A program made the translations under genes and the position numbers. A DNA stretch of 61,698 bases from the NCBI GenBank assembly GCA_010093705.1, contig MU006105.1:486615-548312 (forward strand), in the 5' to 3' direction. A model generated the notes under the pieces. That model did not search any database. It was not told the origin of the DNA and saw only the letters and a program-made list of their open reading frames with translations. This document shows positions 13,386 through 27,590 of the stretch, one piece after another (within the stretch, counting starts at the first letter, position 1; each line of letters opens with the position of its first letter). The stretch is from Patellaria atrata CBS 101060 (Eukaryota).

Positions 13386-16326
13386 CTACTCCTCCTCCTC
13401 CACCTCCTCCTCATCCTCCTCACCCTCCTCCTCATCCTCCTCAGCCTCCACCAACTCATCACCCTCCACACCATTAACCTCCCCACCCTCACTCCTCTCA
13501 AGCATCAACCACTCCTCCCACTCAGGAAACAACTCCTCATCCGCACCCTCTCCACCCGGGGGAACCGCAACCCCCCTCGCAGCCCTCCCCTTCCCCTCCT
13601 CCCCCTCCTTCCACCTCGCCACCAACCCCGGCGCCCTCGAGGGCCTATAAGTCTGTGCCAAAAACACCGCCTCCGCGACCCTCCTACTCTGGACCAGCAA
13701 CTCAATGCACGCATCCACATCCCCAAGCAACCATAGTGCCGAGAACTTAATATTGTTAGCCGCCGCATCGCCGGCTTGCTTTGCCAATTTCTCAAGCCCC
13801 TTCGCGTTGGCCGTGGAACTGTACAGGAGGAGCAGCGAGCCGAGGTCTTTGGCGTGGCCGAAGCATTCCTCCGCCAATTTGAGGTTCCAAGCCGTGAGCG
13901 CGGCGTCGCCGACCGTCTTCCACTTGTGTTCTTTGTCTGCTTCCCTCGCGAGCTCGAGCGCGGTGTTCAGTCTGCCCAGACTGAGCGCGAGATCGAACCT
14001 ATGCTCGGCGTCGGTCGCGACGTCCAGCGCTTGCTCTTTGTACCCTTGACCCTCGAGGAAGCGAGCGATTTTGTTCTTCTGGTCTTCGGGGATCGTGTTG
14101 AGGATGTCGTTTGCGGCGTCCAATTCGCCTCGCAGGACGAGGGTTTGGTATTCGACGACGGAGAGGGAGAGCGCGTAGGCGATGACGTTGACGTCTTTGT
14201 CGGCGAGGTAGATCCGGCCGTCGCGAGGGAGGTAGCCGAGTACGTATTTAGGCTCGTCAAAATGGGCGATTGTGTAGGTTTGGTCGCCGACAAGGTAGTT
14301 GAGGCGGTTTGTAGAGTTTGTGTAGACGAAGCAGTCGCCGACCCATTGGCCGGTTCGTACGCTGCGATTATTAATGAGTACTATGTGCTCTATTGGGAGA
14401 GGGAACCATACCTTTCGTTGATGTCTGTGACGACTTCGAACGCGGCTTCAACGCCATCTTCGTCGCCTTCTCCTTTTGAGAGAGCTTCTGCTGCATCCTC
14501 TTCTGAATATCGGAGGACGTAGAATGTGTCATCGCATGCAAGGGTGACGAGATCTCCACTCTCTGACCAGTAGACCTGTATCCTGATTAACAACTAGACA
14601 ATATATGGCAAGAAAATTCCGACTTACACTCTTCGGATCCACTTCTATTCTACGGATAAGTGAACCATTATTCCAGTCGAAAAAGCTGATACCACCCTGG
14701 CCCTTGATACCGAGAAGGGCGCCTCCGCTCAAGCCTTCAGCTTGGAAGCCGAAATCAACCGCTTTTCTCTCCTTGAAGTTTCTGAAGATCTTAACGCTTG
14801 TTGCTGACTCTCGAATTGCGTGATCCTTGTCGTTCTGTTTCCAGGCCCATACAAAATCTAACGCTGAACCGAAAGCATGATTACGTAGTGCCAGAGCCGT
14901 ATAGACAATGTACTCGCCATCACCACATACAGCTACAAAGCGTCCATTGGGAGAATGGATTAGAGATTGGGGATAGAGGTCGGTAGATCCAAGATCCTTG
15001 GAAGGTAAAGTGAGGCGATCGCCATCCTTGAGGTTCTTGTCTGGAATATAATCAGGTCGGTAGATTAGAAAAAAAGATATTGGTTTTACTCACCAACACC
15101 TTTTATGACAGTAGTCAGAATCTCGCTATGTTTCGCCCAGACAATCTTTCCTGATCCATCCATAGAGACTGCTGGCTCTTCGCGACCCATTTTAACGACA
15201 ACCGCCCCATCGTCAAAACCAACTGCTATGCCTTGTTTGCCTTTCTGCGAACTCACACACCACGCACGCTCTAAGCCATAATTCAACGATTGTTCTAACC
15301 GGTAGGTGTTGGCGTGCCATATCTTGACCGTCCCATCTTCTGAACCTGAGATGATGACTGGGAGCTCTGGGTGATAGCAAGCAAAGGAGACATTGCTGGT
15401 ATGTCCTTCCAAAGTCGCAATAAGGGCCTTGGTAGTGTAATCCCAAATTTTGACAGTGCGATCATCCGAAGTGGTCAGGAGATATGGTTTATCGGATGCA
15501 GGGTAGTAGTCGACATGATTTACTCCCTTGGTCTCATGAGCCTCGAGTGTGAAATTTGGTGTCGAGGAGCCCAAACTCCAAATCTTAACCGTTCTATCCA
15601 AACAAGCAGACGCAAAGGTATTTGTATCCTTCGGGTTTATAGCAAGACCCATAACATAATGACTATGTCCCTCGAAAACCTGGACGCATTTCCAGCCACG
15701 GTCCCAATCGAACAGTTTGATTGTCATGTCATCTGAAGCGGTAAGAACGAACGGTTGAGTAGGATGTACAACGATTGCGCGAATGTAGTCAGGGTGAGCT
15801 TCGAAGGATGTTATCTTTTCTGAGGTGTTGTAGTTATATACTCGTAACTGGAAATCGTCGGAACCGCATACTATCCAATTCTTTCGCGCAATGAATCTAC
15901 CAGCTCGAACGGGAACATCTGTGAGCTCGAAAGTTTTGACAATCGCCTTTCCATATGTCAGTAGTGCGCCTATTTTATTGAACTGGAGCTCTTACCTGCG
16001 TCTCGTAAGACCAAATATACACATGTCCTACGTAGGTTCGTCAGTCACCACAATCTACTCCATTTATGGGACATGTAGATTTACCGCTGTAGAGGGTCGT
16101 TAAGATCTAAACTTCTTAGTAATTTTCCCTTAAAGAGGGCTTTAGGGAACTTACCCATGGCTCGGTGGGGTGGAAATCTATGCCTTTGACCCTCTCAGAC
16201 CTCGCAAAGAGCTGTCTCTACACGTTTGGATATGAATTAGTAAGATTCCTTTAGTTCGAGGTAGGATAAATATCGCTCCGGAAAAGAGACCACAGGTATG
16301 GAACATGCCTTTACGTCCAGACGCAT
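13386..16326 (-). CDS. SEC27: Coatomer subunit beta' (COPI), multi-exon
   Basis: Spliced N-terminus [47 protein letters not shown]40 repeats, coatomer WDAD region and acidic tail. Small 5' exons: 16326-16309, 16217-16155, 16106-16085, 16027-15996. Confidence 0.95.
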
Positions 16327-17169
16327 TTTCGAGATCTGGCGCACAATTTAAGAGAGGTATTTGGAGACGTGGCTCGAGTTAGCCAGTCAATGCACCGAGC
16401 GGAACGAAACCTATTAATCCCAGAAGCTTCAGAAGAGAACAAATCACTGTATTAAAGAGCGAAATCCAAGGTGAGAGTTTAGGATGGAGATCCAATTGCG
16501 GGCTGTTATTGTGGCTTCAAACCTGAAGTTCGAGGTGTGCAACTTGACCCTTGCCGATTTCGCCAAGAAAAGGGACTTGGTGTGGGAATTTTGGAAATGG
16601 GATCAGGAGCTGCACAATAGATAACAAGAGAGCATTTTTAAGTATCACATATCTATATGAAAAATCATATATTAAACTCGGAGACGATAGCTAGCCAAGA
16701 CTGATTGTACAAGTAAATCCATCTGCGATTCACTATCTGCAACTACCCCTATTTACTTACAATACCTCCTATACAATCCCCTCCGCCACCCCAATCACGG
16801 CTCTCTTCCTCTTATGCCACAGTCCTCAAAAAACACCTCATCCCCTTAAAAGATGTCTAACTTCCACTAAGCGAGACTGGTATCTAGGAATTGAAAACTA
16901 ACAACCAAAAGAAATGCTACGCGGTCCAAATGAAGAAGTAAATATCAAGGAAATAAAGTCAGGTAGGTGACATATGATGGCAATCCCGACGCCGCTAATG
17001 ATATGGTGCATGGGATGTAAATAGGAAATGTAGAAGTAGTATCGTCCGCCTCTTTCAAAAAACACAAAAAACCGTTACGTAGGCCGTTATTTCGCCTTTG
17101 GTGTAGGAAATATAGTACACATAAGCTCATTTTTTTTTCCATCAAACAGTCGGATGCGAGTTAGCATGC

Positions 17170-19995
17170 TCAGTTCCATCCGAGTGAGTTCTCTGCCATC
17201 ATTGGTGCGGAGATCTGCGCCGTTCTGACGCTTCGTCCATTACTGCTGCTACTCCCTCTGCTTCCACGAGACTCACGACCGTCGGGGGTGGATCTGCGAG
17301 CTCCTGCCATCCAACCTCCACCGTACGAGGAGCCCCGATGTTGGTTGCTTGCGAGAGAGCTGGACCTTTGGTGTCGTTGCCTGCGTTTCTTGTATCTGCG
17401 GGCGACGAAGAACATAGCTGCACCATAAGCTGCAGCACCTCCTATCGAGGCAAAGACAACGCCAGCTGTAGTTCCGCTCATCGATGAGCTATTGCCAGAA
17501 TCACCGCCAAGAGGAGCAGCATCATCTGTCCCTGGAGCTCCAGATTCTGTAGACCCAGACGTTGTTGATGGATCGTTTGGAGATCCAGCAAGTAAGGGAA
17601 TCGAAGGGTCGATCATGGACATCAAAGTTGAAACAGTGCCGTCTGGATTCTGATACAAGGGCGATAAGGGTGCGTGTAGATCCACGGATAACTGGCCAAC
17701 CATATCACTTGGGACATACATTACAGCCAAGGTCGTGATATAGCCCAAAGTTCGCATCGTGTCATACGGTTTCAGTGTGTCCATAACAACTTGCGATTCA
17801 TCGACATCGAGTCCCTTGATAACACCTTCCGGAAGGTACTTGAAGATTTGGTTTTGAGATTTTGGGGTGTTTGCAACAAATTTGAAGTTAAGTCGAAAGT
17901 CGAACCCAAGTTGAATCTTCGTTCCATTTGGGGGTGCCTCTGGAGATGGCCCTTCGGGTGAAAAGATGACTTGAGGAATATTGGTAGGGATACCGGTCTC
18001 CATTGAGGTAGGATTAGGTGTCGCAATCACCGTGCTGGGTTCGATGATGATGCTAGTGGGGACTAGTACAGAACTCTCTGAGTCAGTTCCTGTTGGCTCA
18101 ACTATCGTCTGAGGCCTAGTAGATACTTCAGGCGCTTCTGTGGTGGCAGGTTCAGAGGGACCGCTTGTTTCCTCCGCCGTAGTTAGAGCTATCGATGTAG
18201 GTGCAGGTACTTCTGTTGTCAGGGGTTCAGTTGGAGCAGTTGAGTTCAAGCCAGTTCCCGAGCTCTCTGATGTCACCGGCGGTGTACCCGTCTCTGTAGC
18301 CGTCGGTAAAGTCTCCGTCGGTCCAGTAGGAGGTAAGGTGTCGGTTCCCGTGGGAATTGAAGTATCCGTTGGATCAACTGTATCTGTTCCAGTGGGAATG
18401 GGAGTATCCGTCCCAGTAGGAAACAAGGTGTCGGTTCCAGTAGGTACCGTGTCAGTTCCTGGACTAACTGTATCTGTAGGAACAATTCCAGTGGGGGGAA
18501 GAGTCTCCGTGGGTGGAGGTGTTTCCGTAGGTGGAGGGTTTGGAACAGTTGTTTCCGTTGCTGTACCATTGCCCGCCGGAGGTAGAATTGTGGTTGTGTC
18601 ATCCGGAACGGGAACGATAGTTGGAGTTGGTTCACCAATGAGACTCGAGATAAGAGAGTCAATAGGGTTAGCAGTATCAGTGGGGGGGAGGCTGTCAGTT
18701 GGCGCGGTAGGTGGTGCTGTCTCTGTGGGGGTTGGTTCCCCAAGGATACTTGAGAGAAGTGACTCAATAGGACCAGCAGTCTCAGTAGGTGGAAGAGTAT
18801 CTGCTGGAGTTGGCGGTGTCGTCTCTGTTGGCAATGTCTCTATAGGAGTATCCGTAGGAATCGGTAGAATATCAGTTATTAAAGACGAAACCACGCCTGG
18901 AAGCGGAAGAAGAGGTTCGCTCGATGTGGTTGGGTCAGGCGCTACGGTCTGTTCAACAGCAGTGGTATCCGGAATGGGGACTGGGGTAGATCCCGTAGGA
19001 ATATCTGTAGGTCCAGGCAATACACCGCTCAAAGAGGTTGTTTCTGGATCAGATGGAACGACCTCGGATGTAGGTGTGGGTTCTGGTAGCAAAGAATCAA
19101 TCAGGGAAGAAAGTCCCGGAATGAGAGGAAGATCTCGCGTTGTGGTCGGCTCGATCACGGTCGAGAGGCCTACTGTGATCCCCTCAGATGTGGTAGTGGG
19201 TTCAGTTGGGGGTACCAAATTTGTCAAGGGCGTCGTTGGCTGCAGAACTGATTCAGGGAGACCACTCGATGATGCCGGGACTTCATCCGTAGACGTTGTA
19301 GCCGGCTCCTCAGCTACAGTTGATGTCGAATCCACTTCAGAAGAGGTGGTTGTAGTGGGAGGCTCAAGGATTGGACCCAGAATACCGGTGGAACCAATGA
19401 TATCAGGAATGTCCAAGGACAGGAGAGGTGCTCGAGATATGGTCGTTTCAGCATCTGCCGTCGTATCGAAGCTGGGTGTTGGTGTCCGCGTAGGAGTGAT
19501 AACATCGTCTGGAATTCCAGCAGTTGAACCTACACTTGACTCTGATTCCGTCTCCGAAGTAAAAGCAGAGGTTGATTCCTCGGTTGTGGATTGCTCCGTT
19601 GACTCCGAAGATGATTCCGAGGTAGACGGTCGTGTAGATGGCCGCGTGGATGGCGGTGCGGATGTATCGGGCTCTAGTATCGGCGCAGGAATGTTCGTGG
19701 GCAATATACCCGAACTCACCAAACTTTCGAACAAAGAAGTGAGATCGTCGCCAAGTTGCCTACTTGTAAGAGTCGCAGACTCTGTAGATGCCAATTCCGA
19801 TGATTCTGTAGTGGTTGTAGCCGCGGGTGTTGTGGTATTGAAGAAAAGTTGACGCTTCACATGCCTGGGGAAGTAGTACCTTGGTCTCGGGGTGGGAGGA
19901 GCCTGATGTGCAGGTGCTGCTTCCGCTGTGGTTAGGGGACTATAGAAAGCTGCTATGGCGAGAGAAGCCGCCCATATCGTCGATGAAGACCGCAT
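17170..19995 (-). CDS. MSB2: Signalling mucin Msb2/Hkr1 family
   Basis: 941-aa single ORF: signal peptide, long S/T/P-rich mucin region with PTDT/PTGT repeats, Hkr1-Msb2 homology domain (IQLGF...LNFKFV...QIF), one TM helix followed by RRYKKRR, and the conserved C-terminus QISAPMMAENSLGWN. Confidence 0.92.
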   Translation of the reverse strand: MRSSSTIWAASLAIAAFYSPLTTAEAAPAHQAPPTPRPRYYFPRHVKRQLFFNTTTPAATTTTESSELASTESATLTSRQLGDDLTSLFESLVSSGILPTNIPAPILEPDTSAPPSTRPSTRPSTSESSSESTEQSTTEESTSAFTSETESESSVGSTAGIPDDVITPTRTPTPSFDTTADAETTISRAPLLSLDIPDIIGSTGILGPILEPPTTTTSSEVDSTSTVAEEPATTSTDEVPASSSGLPESVLQPTTPLTNLVPPTEPTTTSEGITVGLSTVIEPTTTRDLPLIPGLSSLIDSLLPEPTPTSEVVPSDPETTSLSGVLPGPTDIPTGSTPVPIPDTTAVEQTVAPDPTTSSEPLLPLPGVVSSLITDILPIPTDTPIETLPTETTPPTPADTLPPTETAGPIESLLSSILGEPTPTETAPPTAPTDSLPPTDTANPIDSLISSLIGEPTPTIVPVPDDTTTILPPAGNGTATETTVPNPPPTETPPPTETLPPTGIVPTDTVSPGTDTVPTGTDTLFPTGTDTPIPTGTDTVDPTDTSIPTGTDTLPPTGPTETLPTATETGTPPVTSESSGTGLNSTAPTEPLTTEVPAPTSIALTTAEETSGPSEPATTEAPEVSTRPQTIVEPTGTDSESSVLVPTSIIIEPSTVIATPNPTSMETGIPTNIPQVIFSPEGPSPEAPPNGTKIQLGFDFRLNFKFVANTPKSQNQIFKYLPEGVIKGLDVDESQVVMDTLKPYDTMRTLGYITTLAVMYVPSDMVGQLSVDLHAPLSPLYQNPDGTVSTLMSMIDPSIPLLAGSPNDPSTTSGSTESGAPGTDDAAPLGGDSGNSSSMSGTTAGVVFASIGGAAAYGAAMFFVARRYKKRRQRHQRSSSLASNQHRGSSYGGGWMAGARRSTPDGRESRGSRGSSSSNGRSVRTAQISAPMMAENSLGWN

Positions 19996-22900
19996 TTTGT
20001 ATATATGTAGTTTTGATAGACTTGAGTATACAAGATTTTATTGACTGCCGTAGAGTTGATAAGTCAGCGAAAGCGATAGATAATCCTACGAAGAGGAACT
20101 GACTGTCAGGAAATTTTATAAACGAGTGTACTTGACGAATCAAGGGTTGTAATGAGTGTGTCTGCGGTCAACCAGCGTTAGTGTTAATATTCAAGGCTCA
20201 TGGGGATACCGTTACATACTAGTGAGCGCAAAAAAACGCTTCAACGGGCAAGAACCTCAACCTAGAAGTATATGTACTTGTGCGGAACGTTTAGATCGCC
20301 TTACAGTATTCAGGCCATTCTCCTCACGAGATACTAGCAATACTGTCAGATATTTTGAGTGCTGATGCCTTTACAGAGAGCTTGGAATGTCCGTTTTGAA
20401 TTGCAGTACGTGAAAATGGTAATATTGACCCAATAGACCGTCTCTTTCTCAAATATCCTACGGCAAATTAAAAGATTCAAAGGCGTGGGCGCTGATTCCT
20501 GGCCAAGCCTGTTGTTCTGGCTTCGGAGACAAAGAACCACTGGCGTTCTTCTCTTTCACAATCTTCCTGAAATCTTTTGAACAGTTCTGCCACCTGATCA
20601 GATGAAGAAAGCCGTGTTTTACTATTTCTGGCCACCTGTGGAAAGTAGATTGTGTCTGAGCAGTGCTGACTTGGAGTTTTTCTCGGTTGATCCGAAATGA
20701 GTGACTTGGAGTTTGCCGCACGGTTATTATCGAAAGCTGGAAGGGCCAGACAAGGTCTTTGCTTAAGAAATACGGTTTATCGTAGAATAGAAAGTTGAAA
20801 TGAGTGTAGTTGATCCACTAGGAATCTGGAAAGGAAGGCGAAAGTGAGAATGGGAGACGCTGGGGGGGCGGAATGTCGACACCGTTTGGGAGATACAGTC
20901 GGATGCGACAGCAAAGTTCGACGACACGGTTGGCTTTGTGCTGAAGAACAAGTTCTCACAGCACGTCGATTCGAAGATTGTCCAGGTCGAAGAAGTGGGC
21001 GCGAGAGAGGGTTGGAAGGTCGGGTGGAGAGGATGGCGAAAGGAAAGGATGCGCGAGAAGGAGTGAAAGGTGTAGAAAAGAGACGGGATGGGGAAGGGAA
21101 GGCCAAGGGCTCAAAGCAGGCGAGATGGTCCTGCCCTGGGAACTTTTGGGAAGTGTACGGGAGGAGTTGACTAGCAAGCGTTCTAGAGGGCTAGGGTACC
21201 CCTTGGGTGTATGGGTTTCCCTTGGATGGTGCCAGCGACGGCCGAAGTTGTGCACAAAAAGATGACAAGAAACACACTGAACACAACTGGAAGGAACTTC
21301 ACAACTCACAACCATATCCCCAGTCACACTCATACACAGAAGCTGCTCTCATTCAGCCCCTGCATCAACCGTCTTGATGTCTTTTCAGTGCAAATATTTA
21401 ATTTACTTCCCGCATAAACTTGCAGCCAAAAAGTGCATAAGTCGTTCATCTGTTACCCGTTCAGGTATAGTTATTGATCTCGAATGCTTGTGCACAACAC
21501 TCACACGGCCAGGCGCTTAGCAGTTCCGGGAAATGGATGAATTGAGGGAAGAATAGCCTGAGCATAAAATAAGTTGCTTGGATCTACAGGGCGGAGAGCC
21601 AAATCATAGGATAACCCAGAGCGCTCTCGCAAATTTGCAGTACACAGCTCATTTCTTAACATGATGTTAGTTCGAACAAAGATGACTTTGAGCGACAGCT
21701 GTCAATAATCTGTACTCTTTGCTATCAAGCGCGGATGGTAGAAAACGTCAACCAGAGAATCGAGTGGCCGTTTTCCGTAGCATAGCAGTTATGCAAGGTA
21801 TGGAAGGGTAGGCTGTGCATATCTCTGCATATTTATTCGGCGTTGGTGGTTTGAGGAAGAGGAAGCTAACAAGCACCAGGCCGGAACAGCAACCGCTGAC
21901 GGTACAGGGTAACGACTCCTCTTTTCAAAATGTCCGGACATTTTTGCTCTTTCCCAATAGGTCTGATTTTACTGAATTGTTCTTATTGATCTTACACTTT
22001 CCTTAAAATGGCATAGAGAGACCGTTTAGAAAGGCGGAAAAGGACTAGGAAGAACCTTGTGAAAAGCGAATAATCTATGAATCAAAGCCAACTAAAAGAA
22101 CCAGGACGCGTATCAGATCAAGCCTACCAAGCTCCCTTCAATAAACTCGTGCGCCATCATCAAGACCCATACACGCCATAACAGAGACCCAACTCTTTTT
22201 TTTGATATGAAGGAAAATAGGGAAAGAGATATGTAAGCGACTCACAACACGTGGTCCCACCGTTGAGTCGCCAAATCGATCAACACCTTTATCACACATG
22301 TTTTTGATCTTCAAAACTTGCGCAACGCTTCTTGTTTGCTTCTCTTTAATTGTGTCGCAACGTTCGGGGCCGAAATCTTAACAGATTTCCCCGCTAGTAA
22401 CTACCGTCAGCAGCCTCATTCGGCCTCATGATGATTTGTGCATTGGTACGACGCACACAATATTTTGGCGCGATGCACCTGTGGTAGCCAACAAGAGCCT
22501 TAGGACTAATTCTAGTAAGGAAATAGCTTTAGGGTTGTGTGTCTTGTGAAATTGTGCAAAAAGTTGTGTGATCCCGTATGTACAGTACCATAACAAAAGG
22601 TTCGGCAACTGAAGTGCAAGGTGTTTGGCTTCTTGTCCAGTCTCGCGTGCCAACCCTAAACCCCTAATTATATTTCTCGGCTAGTCGCACTTCGGACTCG
22701 TGCCATCTCCTCTTCCATCCATCCCGTTCCTGAATCCAGAACCGTTGTTCACGATCTTCCCTGGGATTCTAAGAACAATTTATCGATCTGTTTTGAACTC
22801 GCCGTTATCGTTAATAAAAAAAAACACTGCTTACTCCTTTAAAGGATGACCAGGAGCTCGCTTGAATTAAAATCTCCCCGACCTGATACTCCTCCTTTTC

Positions 22901-24144
22901 TACCAATTTCAAGTCTCTCCAAAGTGAGTTGTCATTGTATAGGGGTGTATGCGCGTATAAGGAGTCACAATGTCAGAGTAGGGTACCAAGAAATTCTGAT
23001 ACTCAAAGTACTCTGTTGCTCTGCATTCTTTATTGAGGATTGTTTGACCGAATAGTTCACCTGCTGCTTTTGGTGTCTTGTCATCTATCGAAGCGTCAAA
23101 GATCGATATACGGCGCCTCACCCGTCCCTCCTGCATCGTGGCAACGTAGTCGGGCATCCCGAACCATGAAGATCTTGAAGATTGCGTCTTGAGTCTACAA
23201 TAATAGTATCTGAGTGAAGATTACCTACGGTAGCTTCATGATGGATCCTGGTTGGGAACGGAGCAACAATCATCTACCTTCAAGGAGACTTTTCCTCGCC
23301 AAAGGAATCAGAAGCGTAAGTACCACGAGGTAGAAATAATATCCACTCCACCGACGTTACCATGGGGCGGAAAGGAAGACTGCACGTGGATAGGGAACGT
23401 GCAGGTAATAGTGTTGCCGACCCAACCTGCGACCATGCTTGTTGCTTCAGGTAGGTTGCAAAATTGGATTGACCTGAGGTCTCGTTCTCCTCGAACGTCA
23501 GGGCAACAATACTGTATCCTAATCTTCCCCCGTCTCCTTTTGTAGTTCTTTGCATACGGCATTCCCGGCTTGTCATCTGCAAACCGGTTACTACAATAGT
23601 ATATTCCCTTGAGACTATGTTTTCTATACTCCAGACCGATAATCAGCCCTTTCAAATCTAGAGAATTCTTGCGGTTGATGTTTGGTCGTTTCTTCAAAAG
23701 ATTCATCGCATTAACTGTTTTATCAAAATCATTTCCAGTCATTTCATACCTTCTTGACTTCGCTGGGTCTGATCTCGCATGGCAGTCAGGTATGCAAAGA
23801 GCTAAGGCATCATCTCAACTACTGGAATTCAGGGACCCCAATAGTTGCCGTCGGATGCAAGACCGTTCCTGGGATTCCACGTTGTCACCTGGGAATAAGC
23901 ATACTTAAAAATAGGTCAACATTCAAATAACTACTGCATGTGAGCTTAAGAAGTAACTTCGGAAGGATTTGAATGCAGTTAATATTCTTTCTATTTTACA
24001 ATCGAACTACTGTACGGTGATTCCATTATCACGTTATTCATATGCTTAGTCTCAATTACAACACCAACTGATGTGGCTTCCTCATCTGTGACTTCCCTTC
24101 TTGGAAGTAACCTTCCATACCACATTTATTTCTCAATCCACATC

Positions 24145-25668
<1,524 letters not shown>

Positions 25669-26061
25669 CGTCTGGTGGTGAGTGTAGATTTGAGTGGAAG
25701 TTCAGGTGTATAGGCTCGAGTATACCTATGGTAGTTTCGAGTGTATATCTTCGAGTATATATATTTAAAGTCCCAAATAAATAGTTCAGGTTCCAGTATA
25801 AAAATATCTGAATATCCAAAAGAAAAAACTAAATAAAGTGCAAGTATATATAAACCGAGTATACCAAATTCTCAAATGATCATAAAGTCTCTATGTATTC
25901 AGATAAAGTTCTCCCCCTATCCTCCCTTTCCCACCCTTTAACCCGCCCTTACCCTCACCCTTCCACCTCAATCCCCATACCACCACGAGATTTCAAACTC
26001 CTCGCCCTTCCGCCCACCTCACCCACCAATCTCAATTTTCCGAAATCGTACGTCAGCATTC

Positions 26062-26242
26062 TTAAGCCGCCTTACCACCCCTCAATATCCTATATACAGT
26101 ACAAAGTACATGCTCGGATACTTCATCCTCCCCTTAAGCCGCGCTCGGCTTAATGCGGCTTAACGGCATAAGCATCCATCAACAGGACAACACCGAAAGA
26201 TAATGAAGGGTGTGATACTGTAATACGGTAAAAGAGCGGTAA
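26062..26242. promoter_or_regulatory. Cluster of TTAAGCCG/CGGCTTAA motifs in the hppD-TPR bidirectional promoter (candidate Zn2Cys6 sites)
   Basis: TTAAGCCG at 26062 and 26134; CGGCTTAA at 26146 and 26156; CGGCATAA at 26164; two CGGTAA near 26226-26242. Confidence 0.5.
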
Positions 26243-26503
26243 GGAGAGGGATAGAGACTTCGGGTTATGCTGGAGGTCTTTCTTTTGGTTTTAGGGGGGG
26301 AGGGGATAAGTGTTTGATTTCACGCCGCGGATAGATTCCATATTGCTCTGAACTACTTTTTGGGAATATCTGGATATTTAATTCTCGGATATAAACGTAT
26401 CATCCCTTCTTCGACGAGCTTTAGAGTCTATACTCTGCTATAACCAAATTCTACCGAAATACCCTCAAACTGCCGATATCTGCTTCTAAAATCTACCGCC
26501 ACC

Positions 26504-27277
26504 ATGTCCCCCCCCCTAACCTCAACACCCCAAATCACACCCTTAGACAACCAAACCCTAACCGCAATATTCGACCCCGAATCTGCTTCCTCCGTCCCGA
26601 CGCCAACCATCCTCCCCACCCTCCCCTCAGACCCACACATCCCCCACTCTCTCCTCCAGATGCTCAAAGCGCGCGAAATCGCCGTCATCCGGACCATCGA
26701 ATCCGCCGCCCCCTCAGAAAAACACATGTCCTACCTCCACGCGCGCCAAAGCTTCGAGGACCTAATATCCGCGCACCTGACATACGCCAGCGCGTACAAC
26801 AACCTCGCGCAACTGATCCGATGGCGGTTCGGGGACCGAGGGACCCTAGTCCACCGAGACACGGAGATGGAGAAGGAGGTCGGGAGAGCTATGAACGATG
26901 CGATAGTCGCTTTGAATAAGGCTGTGAAATTGGCGGCGCCGGAGACGCCTACAGCTCCTGTCTCCCCGGCTCAGGCGAGGACCCTGGCGCAAGCGTATAC
27001 CCAGCTTGGTTCTATTTTCTACTCTGCTTTTAAAGATCTGCAGGCGGCGGAGGAGGACGGGGTTACGGTTGTGATAGGAGGTGGAGAGAGGGGTGGAGGG
27101 GAGTGGATGGAGTGGAGGGAAGAGAGGTTCGAGGAGGAGGCTAGTCGGTGCTTTTTTAGGGGTGGGTTGTATGGGAATGAGATTGGGAGGGCGATGGCGG
27201 TGCATACGAATCCGTATGCGAAGTTGTGTGGGAGTATTGTTAAGGAGGCAATGAGGAGGGAGGGGGTACCGGTGTGA
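26504..27277 (+). CDS. TPR protein, TTC36-like; probable HmgX (HppD accessory factor)
   Basis: 257-aa intronless ORF with D..TLTAIFDPE, ASAYNNLAQ, LAQAYTQLG and NPYAKLC motifs matching the TTC36 family as recalled. Head-to-head with HPPD. Confidence 0.8.
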   Translation: MSPPLTSTPQITPLDNQTLTAIFDPESASSVPTPTILPTLPSDPHIPHSLLQMLKAREIAVIRTIESAAPSEKHMSYLHARQSFEDLISAHLTYASAYNNLAQLIRWRFGDRGTLVHRDTEMEKEVGRAMNDAIVALNKAVKLAAPETPTAPVSPAQARTLAQAYTQLGSIFYSAFKDLQAAEEDGVTVVIGGGERGGGEWMEWREERFEEEASRCFFRGGLYGNEIGRAMAVHTNPYAKLCGSIVKEAMRREGVPV

Positions 27278-27590
27278 GGATTGCCGAGGTTGGAGGGAGG
27301 TGTTGTCGTGTGATATTGATACTAGGAGCCTGAACGGCTTGAGATAGAGGACCGATTCGTACGACATGTCCAGGAAGAAAGTAGGATGATACCAGTGTTG
27401 ACGAGTCGGTGGAGGAATCTGGTAATGATGCCGTACAGTGCGGTTGGGGGGGATAATAATTTGGCTGCATATCACGATATGGCTTCGTGCAACCTTATAG
27501 CAATATATTTGGGGGAGGGGTAGGACGATGTATTGTTACACCACGCCGTTTTGGTTGTAGATTTAACCAGCTCTTTTGACAACTTCCAGA

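Noticed and set aside
18140..19852. 570-aa plus-strand ORF
   Set aside because: Antisense shadow of the low-complexity S/T/P region of MSB2; its V/G/S composition mirrors the sense codons.
22527..22668. TTTAGGG / CCCTAA telomere-like words
   Set aside because: Only isolated copies; not an array.
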